Under the pieces are notes generated by a model. It saw only the letters and a list, made by a program, of their open reading frames with translations. It did not search any database and had not been told where the DNA came from. A program made the position numbers and the translations under genes. Shown in pieces: positions 12,024-23,902 of a DNA stretch of 64,000 nucleotides. Source of the DNA: Rhodosorus marinus CCMP1338 (Eukaryota; Plantae; Rhodophyta); assembly GCA_029953675.1 (NCBI GenBank), contig JAMWBK010000004.1, positions 2,046,001-2,110,000 on the forward strand, read 5' to 3'. Positions within the stretch are counted from its first letter, which is position 1. Every line of letters starts with the position of its first letter.

Positions 12024-13349
12024 TCCGACTACTGCAAAACTAGACCTAACACCATGAACTTCAACTCCAAAAACAAAAACAAAACACACAACCTACCCTC
12101 CCCACTCCCCCCCAAAATACAACCCCCCTAAACCAAAAAACAAAACAAAAACAAACACAAAACCAGCGACTCCAAAGCACAAACAGGTAAAGAGAGAAGA
12201 AAACAAAAACTACAAACTCACTTCTACTGCCTTTCGCCTCCTAGAATACAAATCACAGAATCAGAGCCTTATGTAGAATACCTACTCCTTCCCCCTCCTC
12301 CCCAACTCAACTCTCAACTGAGGAACAAGTTCCTGTTAAAACAAAAGCTGAACACAATTAGCGTCAGCCATCTCCCACCTGTTGACATAAAACTCCAGGT
12401 CTTTGTTTGTTCCTTTCATTCCAACCCCAAATATATCAAACATTCAATTTCGATAGGAGAGTTCTAAAATTTAGATAAACCTTCTAAATTATGTTAATCT
12501 GGACTATGCATATTTGAAGTAGGGCACTTAATTTCATTAAATATTCTTATTTAATATATAATTTGAGATATTATTGATTTGGAAGGGCTTGAGGAGGGGG
12601 TACTCGTTTTTGTTAGGGTGCGCAAATTATGACTAACTGTTTTAAATTTTGGGGATATTGAAGGAAAAAAATCTCAGGTGGTGTCAGCAAAACTTGGGTT
12701 TGGCCGATCGGCAATGATGGATAGGTCTGTAGTTCCCTAAGGGGTAGAGGATTCCTCGTTGATTGTCTTGAGGACCACATAGTGAAGCTTTTGCCATGGT
12801 CTGGATTCGCGAGGCTTAGGAATCTGTCGCGTTTAGTTTTGCTCTGTTTTATTTTGGATGGAAATTTTTGTCGACGTTCGGTAGCGCGTTGAGTGATTTG
12901 AGAGTGGCTGAATCGCTGGCGGGTGCTTGGGTTGATCAGGTATTGCTGAAGTCTGGTGTGATATGCAAGGGTGGGTTTGTCCCTTGGAGGATGAGTTTAG
13001 AGCTGGCTACGGCGCAGGCAACCAGAGAACATACCAACTTCTCCGTGGCGAGAGAAGAGTGAGGTTGTGAATGCTGATATACTGCCTACGCAAATTAGTG
13101 AAGGAACAGTTCACATTGAAACGTAGTTATCATTACAGAAGGCCAAGCACATTCGAGTCAGACATCAGTCTTAAAAAAGGCTTGAGATAGTGGCGTCCCC
13201 CCGTCATTGGCAGTTCGAGGTGAAGACTTCTCCTTCTTCTCCAGATGATCAATCAACTCAGGACAGTGCAGCGCTAGTCGACTGTAAAACAGTCGTTATA
13301 TGAAAACGAGCCAGAGGCAAGGGATCCGCGCTGAGGCTCTTCTGAATAC

Positions 13350-14740
13350 TTAGGTGAGATCCTCTTCGTTGGATTTCAGTCCGTTCTTAATTCTCAGGAG
13401 GATCTTCGTTTTCCACGGATCCAGGGTCGCGATTGAATCAAATTCATAGACTGCGTTAGTGAAAGCCTCAACGTCTCCATTCTCCACCGCTTCTACTATG
13501 CCCTGTAGGAGCCTTGACAACAACAGCGAGAAAGAGTGACATGGTAAGGGGCAATTCCGAAATGCAAGAGGAAGGATCTGATTCTTACTTGTGTTCTCTA
13601 CTTCCACGGAATGATGGATCAATTTCCGAGTAGCGCTGAAGAGCACGACTTGCACCGACATCATCGCCAAGACAAAGGTGGCACATTCCTGCTCTCAGCA
13701 GATGCTCCTTGGCTCCGTAGCGAAGGAGATTGGAATCCAATGCGGCCTGCGCCACCGATTCGTACAGCTCTATAGCTTGTGGATACTTCTCAGCTAGAGC
13801 AGATAGCTCTGCGATCTACGATTAGACATTTGTGAGGAAGCACTTTCTCAATCGCCGTGATGAAGACAGTTGTTTCAGTCGCGGGAAGGTTTTGGCAAAG
13901 CGGACCTTCACTCGACAAGAATTTGCATTAGATTTCGCATCCTCCCCTTCGTAGAAATCTACTGCCAGTGTGTACCGTTCAATGGCCTTATCAGTCTCAT
14001 CAGTCGATTCGTAAATCTCAGCAAGCTCCTACAGAATGTCGCAAGATGGCATGTCTAGATTAGCCAATCATGAAAGGATCTGATTCGCTTCTCTTGAAAA
14101 TTAAGTCTAGTTGAATCACAATCAAGCGCTTGAATATTCGCCGAAGCTGGGAAGGAAGAGATGCCGCTCGTCTTTCCCTCTGATTCGTACCTTGTTGATC
14201 TTCGCGCACTGTGAGAACCGACCAAGGTCTTCGTATATAGCTAAAGCTTTTTCCATGGAACTAATCGCAAGAGGGACGTGTCCGTTCTTGAAAGCTTTTG
14301 CGGCGTCCATGTATTTGGTTGCCGCATCGTAGGTCCCGCTGGGCGTTTGGCTATAGCAGTCAGCGGCCTTAACAAAGGACTCGCCAGCCTTCTTCCATGA
14401 CTTTCCCAGTTTATACGCATTCGCAGCTTTCACGAACAACTGAGCGGCACTTTCATATCTTGTGCTACAGAAGGAAGCCAAGAAAACAAGCAGAAAACAA
14501 AAAGCCAAAAAACACAGTCAGCTGATCATCAGCCCTCTCCCCTAAACACTCACGCTGTGGACAGTTCTTCTATCACTTAAAGAAAACTTACTCATCTCCC
14601 AATCCCACCAAGTTCTTCATCCAAGAGCTCTTAACCTTCAGTGTCTTCTCAGCCTCTGCGAAGTATTTCGCACCCTCGGCATCCCTAACACCGCCACCAC
14701 CTCCCGTCCCACCGGACCCATCCACTGGCTTGTAACTCAT
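13350..14740 (-). CDS. SEC17: Alpha-soluble NSF attachment protein (alpha-SNAP/Sec17); multi-exon
   Basis: RYESAAQLFVKAANAYKLGKSWKKAGESF, AIYEDLGRFSQCAK and the C-terminal DVEAFTNAVYEFDSIATLDPWKTKILLRIKNGLKSNEEDLT are typical alpha-SNAP sequences. Confidence 0.95.
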
Positions 14741-14874
14741 TGTCTCGGTTACCCAAAAGCAAAACAACTATCCTTCAGCCTTCTAAACACTAATCACAAC
14801 AAGGCAACCAGAAACGCCATCTTCCTCTTCCTCAAATGCTCTGACTCGCCCTCTCGCGAACTCCTCACGATCCG

Positions 14875-15900
14875 AATTCACTCTCCTCAAACCCCTGTCC
14901 AAAATTCCTTGTTCAACGCGGTGTGGCGACTTGAGATGTGCAGGAACTGGAAAGATGAATCAGGGGGTTGTACAGCAACCGAGACTGATGCTGTATAGTA
15001 TTTTCAGTCTCTTATGGGTCAGCTGAATAATTCAGTCACTCTCCTCAAACCCTGTCCAAAATTCCTTCTTCAACGCCGTGTGGGGACTTGAAATATGCAG
15101 AAACTGGGAAGGTGAACAAGGGGGTCGTTCAACACCCGAGACTGATGCTGTAGAGTATCGTCAGTCTCTTATGGTCATCTGAATAGCTCATCACTGCAGA
15201 GAGTCCGATTGATAGTAGCTACTGGCCAGACAATACCCCACACCCACACTAGATGCTGTCAGCGATGTGCACTGGGAGGATGAGTCGGGAGTTGTTCAGC
15301 GCCCGAGTCTATTCCGCTAGTATCGTCTCTAATGGTGATCTGAATAACCCATCACTCCAGAGCGTTTGACGGATGATAGCTACTGGCCAGAGACCGCTCC
15401 GCTCACTCTCATTGCTGCCAGCGTACCGGATACGAACTGTGAGGATGAATTGGGTCGTGCAGCATCTGAGAGTAATAGAGTATCACCAGCCTTTGGTTAT
15501 TGCCTCAATAAGTCTCACATCAGAGCGTTTGATCGAATTCACTCTCCGCAACCATGTCCAACATTCCTGCTTCTACAAAACTTCGACGTGAGATAGGAAC
15601 GGCGAGGATGAATCCCTGGTTGCTAAGGACCCAACACCGAAGACGTACGGTATCATCAGGCATTGATGAGCGTCTGAATAAGAATCACTTCAGAACCTGT
15701 TAATGATGATAGCTACTCGCAAGAGAACGCTCAAAGTACTCTGTGAACCGTTCACCAGCATGAGGTGTTGATCTGGGAGGAAGAAGGGTCGCAAAGCGAC
15801 CAACACGAATGCTTTATCTGTCACTGGCCTCAACGATCTTCCCGTTAACTTCTGATTTGATAGTAGCCACTATGCATAGAAACGACTTGCTCTCCAGTCA
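14875..15900 (+). repeat. Degenerate tandem array of about six 157-173 bp units
   Basis: A recurrent G(A/G)(A/T)GA core lies at about 14954, 15111, 15279, 15444, 15607 and 15780, with CT(G/C)AATA at 15023, 15179, 15340, 15504 and 15674. Units 1 and 2 (14879, 15037) are near-identical. The spacers fall into two types. Confidence 0.85.
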
Positions 15901-16095
15901 AGGCCTACCTCTCTAAGATTTACGAGCCAGTTGAGTGAGTAAAAACTGGGGGGGGATTAACAAGGGAATAGATCCTGATATCCTCTTGTTGTTAGTACTT
16001 CGAGCTTTTCACACATTTATTAGCAGCGGCGTATCGTAGTTTCCGTTCTCTTCCTGTTAGCAATGTTGATTGTTTGGAGTATAGTTGTTGACCTC

Positions 16096-17733
16096 CTACC
16101 CGGTACTGGTACCCGTTCCTTCTCGAAAGTTTTTCGCAATTTGTGCCCGGATTAGTGAGGATAGATCGGTCTTGTTCGACGGGCCGGTGTTCATTTCAGA
16201 CTTGTAGGGAAAGTTTGAGCTAGCATTGACCTCGTTCATGAGCTCAACGGCAAGGCGATCGTGAAGCGGTGAGTCAACCTTGATGAGGCCGAGGTCTTCT
16301 CTTCGGAGTAAAGTCTGTAGGGCAGTCAAGGCAGGCTCCGCTACAGACTTCGAAGCTTCCAGTTCGTTGGTGCTGATTTCCCGGATATCCACAGACTTTG
16401 AACCTCGGCTTGCTTTCCTAGTAGTCTCATTGAAATGGTCTTCCTGCTCCGGGGCCAAAATTGTTATTGTAGAGCCTTCGTTACCCCCGCGAGCAGTCCT
16501 TCCCACCCTGTGCAGGTATGTCTTAACGTGAACTGGGATGTCATAGTTGATGACAGTGTCAACCTGCGCAGCGTCAATTCCCCTGGACATGGCATCAGAG
16601 CAGATGACCACCAGTCTCTTATCCTTCCTGTTAAGCGATTCTACAACTTGCCTTCGTCCGTCGGAGCTCAACCCCGCCGAGAATTCCATCACTGCGAAAG
16701 AACTGCGTGTCGACACAGCTGCGAGCTGCAACAACCTGGCCAGCTTGTGTGAGGACTCCACAGACTTTGTGAAGACAATCGAAGAACTTACAGTACTAAC
16801 CGATGGATCATCCCACGGCCTGAGCAAGTTCAACAAACCAGCCAACTTCCACTGCTTGGAAGGAACAATGATCGCGGATTCACTCAGGGAGGCCGGCATG
16901 GAAAACTTGACCTTTTTTTGTGGCGTTTGGTGTTCCGTGGCGATTATCCTCCGGATGCATTGCAAGTGCAGACCTGCAAGCCTTTTCGGGTTTCTCGTCT
17001 GCGTTGCGGAAGCGAGGATCCTTCTCACTGGACAGCGAGGTGCACAAACGCCTTCCTTTGATCCTATGATCTCTCCACCTTGCTCACGAAAAATCTGCCC
17101 CGGCGTGGATTGACATCTCGTCACTTCATTGAAAAGCACATCTACCCAGTTGTTGTAGTGCTGCTGCAGCAGCCTGTCCGACTCATCGATAACCAAGAAC
17201 CTCAAGCTAACTAAGGAGAACCCAGGCGAGGACGTTATGTGATGAACTATTCGACCCGGCGTCGCTACCAGAATATCCGGAGAATTTTCTCTCAGCACTT
17301 CTGCTTCTGCGGCCATGGAACCACCCTGCCCTACCGCCAGTAAAGTAGTCAGCCCAAACGGCTTGCCCAAAGTATCGAAAACGGATTTCACCTGACTCGC
17401 GAGGTCTCGCGTAGGCGTGATAACCAATGCACGAATGCGTTTAAAGGAACAGGTCCTAAGACACTCAACCACTGGTACCGCGTATGCCAACGTCTTTCCG
17501 CTTCCTGTCGGAGACGAGATAATAACATCGCCTTGGAATACCGACCTCTCCAGCTTGAGGATTAGTGTAATCACCTCTGCCTGCATCGGGAACCAGGTCT
17601 CCACGCCCATAGATCGAACGACATCAGCAACTTCAGCTCCAAGGCCCACGTCTTCGATCGCGGTTTCACCTTCATCGTCAACGTACAGGTCTTCCAAAAT
17701 CTCTACCTGCACCTTGACTCTCGCCGCAGACAT
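16096..17733 (-). CDS. DBP6: DEAD-box RNA helicase DBP6/DDX51 (60S biogenesis)
   Basis: 545-aa ORF with Q motif (FPMQ), SPTGSGKTLAY, PTRDL, DESD, SAT, RGID and YLHRVGRTAR. A short upstream exon is possible. Confidence 0.9.
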   Translation of the reverse strand: MSAARVKVQVEILEDLYVDDEGETAIEDVGLGAEVADVVRSMGVETWFPMQAEVITLILKLERSVFQGDVIISSPTGSGKTLAYAVPVVECLRTCSFKRIRALVITPTRDLASQVKSVFDTLGKPFGLTTLLAVGQGGSMAAEAEVLRENSPDILVATPGRIVHHITSSPGFSLVSLRFLVIDESDRLLQQHYNNWVDVLFNEVTRCQSTPGQIFREQGGEIIGSKEGVCAPRCPVRRILASATQTRNPKRLAGLHLQCIRRIIATEHQTPQKKVKFSMPASLSESAIIVPSKQWKLAGLLNLLRPWDDPSVSTVSSSIVFTKSVESSHKLARLLQLAAVSTRSSFAVMEFSAGLSSDGRRQVVESLNRKDKRLVVICSDAMSRGIDAAQVDTVINYDIPVHVKTYLHRVGRTARGGNEGSTITILAPEQEDHFNETTRKASRGSKSVDIREISTNELEASKSVAEPALTALQTLLRREDLGLIKVDSPLHDRLAVELMNEVNASSNFPYKSEMNTGPSNKTDLSSLIRAQIAKNFREGTGTSTG

Positions 17734-19061
17734 CTTGAGCTCCTCTAGACCGTTCCGCTTCCTTCTCTAAACAAAAGCGCCATACACAGTGGTCCCAATA
17801 CTTGTCTCTCAACGTATGTACCTCTGCGTTCTTCTCGATTCCCCATCAAAGCGTTTCCAGTTCAAGCGAGAGGATCACTTTCTACGAGAGTTTCGCGGAT
17901 CGCTGTGACCCTCTCGAACGCCTGAACAATTGCGAAAAGCCTTATTGCCGTGTCCTCAACACAGCTGCTTGGTCGGCACTATTGAAAGTCTCCAAATCTG
18001 CTAGAAGCTCTTCCTCAGTCGCAGTTTCATCAGAAATGAAACTGCAAAATGCTACGCCGGGCGTCTTCAGAGAGAATTAGAAAGCTTTCGCAGCTCAGCG
18101 CACGACGACGTCAGTTGAAAATTTTCGCTTTCGCCCTCCAGCCTTGCCGTGATTGACCGTCCAGAATCACTTCGGCGTCGCCTTAGTCTGATTAGGATAA
18201 TTTTCGGCAATTAGCAAAAGAAACAGACAAAACGTTGTCGACTAGAACAGGGGCTCCTGCTCTCCCTCTTCGTCACTGGGATGTTGGTCCGATCATCGTT
18301 ACCGTCTTCGTTTGAGAGACTAGTTTGGACTGTTGAAATACATATTCAGCTCTCTTCTTCTTCACTAGTGCTTTCTGGTTCTATCAAATTTATCGTCGTC
18401 ACTACGCCACCATCGTCGTCCATTGACGTGGTTTTGACAAAGTAGCTAATCCTTCGTCGAATTTTCCTTAGTTGAAATTGAGCGACGGGGTCCAGTAGTG
18501 TAGAGTTTGGGAAACAGGGATTCTCCAGTCTTCCTGGTCCGTCTTGCAGTGTAGTGCTCTTCTGTATCAGCAGATAGCTTGTTAACTAGACCGACTCCTC
18601 CGCGGGCAACAACTCCTCCTACTTTGTTGGTAGCGAGCTTGTTTGGAGGGAATGTTGGAGGATTTCTGTTTCTATCAATTTCGTCGTCGTCGGTCAGTAA
18701 AGCGATTTTGGCGAAGTCGTGAATCTTCTTTGTGGTATTTCTAGCTGCACATGACTGACGTCATTCAGGATTTAGCATTGCACACCATATGATCCGGTCA
18801 TCTTCATGGGTTTACTGGTGAGCTTGTCTTCAGCAGCTGATTGTTGTCTCTACTGACCTCCTTCGCGGGCAAGAGAATTTTTCGCCCTGTTGGTGCAACG
18901 GGCTTTTTGGGAGGGAGTGCGGCCGAGAGGGGGTGCATTGAATGTGGATGCATAGCGCGAGAGGTAGGGCGAAGAAGTTTGTTGAGGGAGGTTGTGGTGG
19001 AAGGGTTGAGGAGGCAGACTTTTTTTTTTGTGAGTAAATAGGATTGCTTTTTTAATTAGCA

Positions 19062-20087
19062 ATGGGGGTTGATGGGGTGTTGGTGGAAGATGTTGAGGGT
19101 ATGCGCATCGGACTGGATTCAGAAAAAAGCTCAGTTTCCATAAGAATGAGGACGTTGTTTGGACTGAAGGAGGTCGCGAAGGTTGGTGTGAATGTGGAGG
19201 AAGAGGTTGTCAAGAAAGCTGTTGAAGCGTTGGCGTCGGCTATGAGGGATGATCCTTCTTCCCTGGTGAAGCATGAGGCGGCGTATGTACTGGGGCAGAC
19301 AGAGAATCCGCTGGCCGTAAAGTATTTGGAGGGGACTCTCAGTGACATAGGTGAGGATCCTATGGTGAGGCACGAAGCTGCAGAGGCTCTTGGGGCGATT
19401 GCTTCACCCGATTGCGTGGAAATTTTAGAGCGGTATGGTTCCGACGAGGAGCAGGTCGTCAGGGAGACCGTGGAAATCGCACTTATGAGAATTGCCCAGA
19501 AGAGCGGTGAAAAGGAGTTGACAACAACCGAGCACCCAATCTACAAGTCAGTCGACCCAGCCCCGGCTCTGAACGAAAGCGACGGGTGAGACTTTCCCCC
19601 CGTTCTAGGTTGGCTTCCTTTTATTAGGTTCTCACTTTGTCCCTTTCCTTTCCATGATAGAGTTGAAAAGTACAGGGAAATGCTCCTGAACAGAAAACTG
19701 CCATTGTACGACCGATACCGAGGAATGTTCTCGCTTCGAAATCTGAGCTCCACTGATCCACGAGCGGTGCAGGCTCTATGCGAAGGATTTGTGGACAATT
19801 CTGCGCTTTTCAAGCACGAGCTGGCTTACGTTTTGGGTCAAGTACAGTCACCAGATAGCGTCAAAGCACTTTCGAAGGTGCTATTTGACCAGAACGAACA
19901 TGAAATGGTACGCCATGAAGCCGCCGAGGCCCTCGGATCAATAGGAACTAGGGAAACCAACGAAATCCTGGCTGGCTTCCTCAAAGACAAGGCGGACGTT
20001 GTACGAGAAAGCTGTGAAGTAGCTCTCGACATCACCGAGTACAATCAATCGGATCAACTTAACTATGCCGATACGATATCAAGATAG
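19062..20087 (+). CDS. DOHH: Deoxyhypusine hydroxylase; two exons (intron about 19586-19660)
   Basis: HEAT-like repeats with all four His-Glu iron-binding motifs (KHEAAYVLGQ, RHEAAEALGA, KHELAYVLGQ, RHEAAEALGS). Confidence 0.97.
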
Positions 20088-20220
20088 GTCTCTATTTGTA
20101 CACAAGAATACTCGTTATCACTTATAGGTTTCGTAATTCGCTAATTATATGTAAGTACACGCGATTCCCTCCCCTTGACCAACACCGCTCCCAAGCACAA
20201 CGACTCCGGTCGTCCCGCGT

Positions 20221-22060
20221 CTAGTAATAATCATCGAAAGATCGAGCCGCTCGTCCTGCACTCTCGGAATCCACCACCTCCGAAGCATCCACTGGTCGAA
20301 GTAGATCCAAATCGCTAAGCCTCCTCTCTTGATAGTACTGCTTTCCATCAAGTAGTTTCAATTCCCGCTGGAAATGAGCGACAACACCTTCAAGCGCGGA
20401 TCTCTCCCCATCTACAATCACACGTGCAAGACCCGCCCTCTTCGATCCTGCTTTAGCCTCCGTGTTCTCCCCAAAACTTTCCAACTGCTCCTCACAAGCA
20501 GCAATTACCGATTCACACATCTATCCACACACAGACAAAACGCATCATCAGATACTTGCATCCAACCCCAAAAGAGCTTGACCGGTCTATAACCAGTCCA
20601 ATCTTATTTGTGCGTAGCACTGCAGATGAAGCCAAGTTTCGCCATCCACTCGAAAAGCACTGACACTCGGGACTGACGGATCAGCGAGCGCAGTGCTGTT
20701 CTAGGGGTCTTGAGCAAGCTTCTTCATTCAAGCGAGAGTTTTGGGGATCTACAGCCATTTCCTTCGTCCCTGTGGCATTTTTTTCATACCGTTTGTTCGT
20801 TTTCCTTGCTGACAGGAAGTGCCATAAAGTCCCAAACGTCTGATCTGAACACGGCCTCGAGGAGAAACGCGTCAGGACCACCAAGGCAAACCAGCCTGAG
20901 GTATTGAGCGACGTATTCAAGTTGCTCAATATCTTCTTCTCGATATTCTTTGCATCCAGCGGTGACCCGAAAGTTGAGCGAGATCGACATGTTCATCTCC
21001 TGAAGAATATCAACTTTGTCGTCGTAGTAAGGATCTAATGGTGACACTCCAAACTCCAGGTCAACAGTGTCCAACGTGGGACCTGTTCAGTCCAAGTTGA
21101 AAAGGAAAGAGTTGGTGAGTTGACCCACAGAGCGCCAAGGCTGGCGTAGACAACTTACTATTCTCGTATACTATCCCATAGTCAATCAGAAACTGGGAAT
21201 TGCTTTCTGCATTTCTCGTAACCACGACCTGATCTCCACTGAAGATATCCGAATCTGCAACCAGCGCTACGTTCTTGTCCTGACCGAATAAGCCTCCTTT
21301 GGTTGCCCTGACCACGCTGTTGCCGGAGCGTGAGGTCGGAAACGAATCCGCGCCTGGAAGCAGCACTATTGGGAGTGAGGATGGAAGCTCAAACGCCCGG
21401 GAGAAGAGAATACCTGCAAGCAATGAGTGCGCCAGAGATTGATTAGCTCGATCCGACTTTGCGTTAGTTCTGCGGTGAACTGCTCTCGTTGTGCGCGATA
21501 CCTTGAGCCCAAGTGTAACGATCCAATGTGATATCTTTTTTCATCTCTGCTGGAAGCGCCTCCAAGACGCTAGAAAACTCTTCAGAGATCCTCACTTTGA
21601 TACTGTTCACTTTTTCCAGTAACGCCGACCCGCGAAGGTATTCGAGCTCCGCGTCTGTCCAGAACATTGGCAGGTCAAGCGTCTCGGGTAGGGAATCCAC
21701 ATATTCCTTAAACTGACTGTCCAAAATTCCATACTTCACACAAATCAAATACAGCGCAAGCGCCGTCACATCGTCAAGATCCTGTACATTCAGCACCGAC
21801 GCCAGTTCCTTCTCAACAACTCCCGGTGCAAACGCCGAGCTCTCGGGAAACGACAACAGCTCTGTACCGGACCTTACACCTTGCGTGCACTTCCCATCCA
21901 TATCTACTACCCTAGACTTGGCATTCGCACTCACCCAGCCCTCCAAACTAAACCTAACCACCCTCACCCTCCTACTCGATGCACATCGTCCACCTCCCCC
22001 GCCGCGATTTCTACATCGAAATCCAATCCCATCACCTAATACGCCAACAAATCCCATCAT
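20221..22060 (-). CDS. LSMT: Plastid-targeted Rubisco LSMT-family SET-domain protein, catalytic motifs degenerate; four exons
   Basis: Transit-like MMGFVGVLG.., then YVDSLP..LPMFWTDAELEYLRGS, SNSQFLIDYG, YLRLVCLGGPDAFLLEAVFR..VSKENEQ and YYQERRLSDL, matching plant LSMT. The NHS motif reads PTS and the FIQY Tyr is absent. Confidence 0.9.
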
Positions 22061-23146
22061 TACACTCTTCTTAACATCCAAATTTCAAAACATAGAATTA
22101 AACAACAAATACAAATAGCCCAACTCCTCCCCATCCATTCCCCATTCAGCTCCTTCCCCATCGCGGTCTCTTCTTCTCCACCGCAATCCCAATTCCTTTC
22201 CTTATCAAATCTCGAAACCTCCGCCCCCAAAATAATTGACAAAAAATCCTCAATTAAAAAATTAAAAATAAACACACCAAAATATCGCCTCGAAATCCTG
22301 GCGCAATCCTTGTTCTGAACGATGTTTTAAATATTCGAAATGTTTAGACGACATTTTTTGTTTGTTTGTTTTCAATTCTTCATTGAGATTTTTTTTTTGG
22401 CTGAATCGCGGCCTCTTTCTCAATTGGGAGAACAATAAATTTGTTATTTTTACCCACCCCCTTCTTAGCTGACCATATTATTCGCGTGTGGATTTTTACT
22501 TTTGTTTGATGGGGCCTCGGGAAAATTTTATGGTTGATTGTTTTGAATAAAAGAATAATTAGATACAGTGTGTAATTGTTGTATTGTTGACTGAGGGGTT
22601 ATGTTTTTGGGCCATCATTGCATTGGTTTTTTTAGTGGTGAGTTGTTGAAGGGGTGGAAAACGGACCGTGGCACCGGTAGGGGACACTCAGCAGATGGAA
22701 GTTGCAGACAAGGGTTTGTGGGAGAGTAAGCCCACAGTTCGGACTGGAGAGCGCTCTGGCTGGTTTTGATGGTGAACCATCAGAGGAGGGTATGCTTTGA
22801 GGTGGTTGCCCTTTGACATGGCCTGTTCCGATATCTCCTGTTCTCAGATTTCATGTTCGGTTAGTGGATTTGGCTTCTTTTCATACTGGTTAGAGGTGTT
22901 GAGTATCATGTTTTGCTGATTCTTTGTTGCTTCAGTGAGTGCTTCTACAAGATGTTTTCCAGGGAGGACCGCAATGCAATCAGTACTTAGACAGTGGCTC
23001 ATGATCAAAAACCGGAAATTTGGCTCTGCGGCTTTCTTCTTCCTCCACCTTCACCTCAGGCTGAGCCAATCGAACGGTCCCAACGCGATTAGGTGCCTCT
23101 CCTGCATCTGTGCATTCTTGCAAAGCAATCGGATCAATGTGGACCT

Positions 23147-23850
23147 TCACATCTCTCTCAAGGCTACGCGGACATAGAGTGCATAGAGAGGAGACGACTT
23201 TCGATAGAATCGAAATTCAACATCTCCATCCGGTTCTTCTGCGTCAAACCTCTCGGGGCCAGGTATCCGAGTATTAAACGACCATTGTTCGTCGAAATAC
23301 CTCAGATCGTGCAACGCCGTGCGGCCTCTCTTTGTCCAGCAAAAGTTGACGAAAATCCAGACAAGTATTGGGAACACGCAAGCGTCGATATTTTTAATCC
23401 CAGGCATGCTAGCTCTTGCACTCAACCTTGACAACCCCGGCACTTCGCTGCGCTCGATCTTAACAAACGTAAAGGCTTCTTGTTCTCTGGGCTAAGTACA
23501 GTAGAGGATATCCATGTCTAACAAATACAAACAAAACCCGAACGAACCGATTCTTCAGAACGTCCTGGCGGCCAGGAATGACCATGTTTGGATTCCATTC
23601 TTTTGGTAGTTCGATCTCAAGGAACACAACGCTTCTTGTTTTCTGAACTATGAACAACAGAACGTATCCAATATACTACAAAAGATAAGCATAGACCGCA
23701 CCTAATGCTTCAGAGAACCTTCTGAAGTCCAGGAAGACCGCCAGGTTTCCAGAGCTCTGTGAATGCCACCACTTTGAAGACGGACGACAAATGTGTCAGT
23801 AAAAGCGTTTTGTGAGTGTCCGAAGCCTGCCTCCTGTAGAATAGGTTTTG
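23147..23850 (-). CDS. Hypothetical multi-exon protein
   Basis: Splice-compatible open segments (AVFLDFRRFSEAL | VQKTRSVVFLEIELPKEWNPNMVIPGRQDVLKNR | EQEAFTFVKIER). No family recognised. Confidence 0.25.
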
Positions 23851-23902
23851 GGGGCTAAGTTTTGGTACTGCTGGTCTATCTTGTAGAAGCCATCAATAAT
23901 CT

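Noticed and set aside
12850-13190. Possible small spliced gene or ubiquitin-like start (MEIFVD)
   Set aside because: The ATG frame stops after eight codons and no consistent model emerged.
14875-15900. CRISPR-like repeat-spacer interpretation of the array
   Set aside because: The repeats are long and divergent, the spacers are homologous to each other, the context is eukaryotic and there are no cas genes.
17170-17195. DESD instead of DEAD in the DBP6 helicase
   Set aside because: DExD variation is normal and all other motifs are intact.
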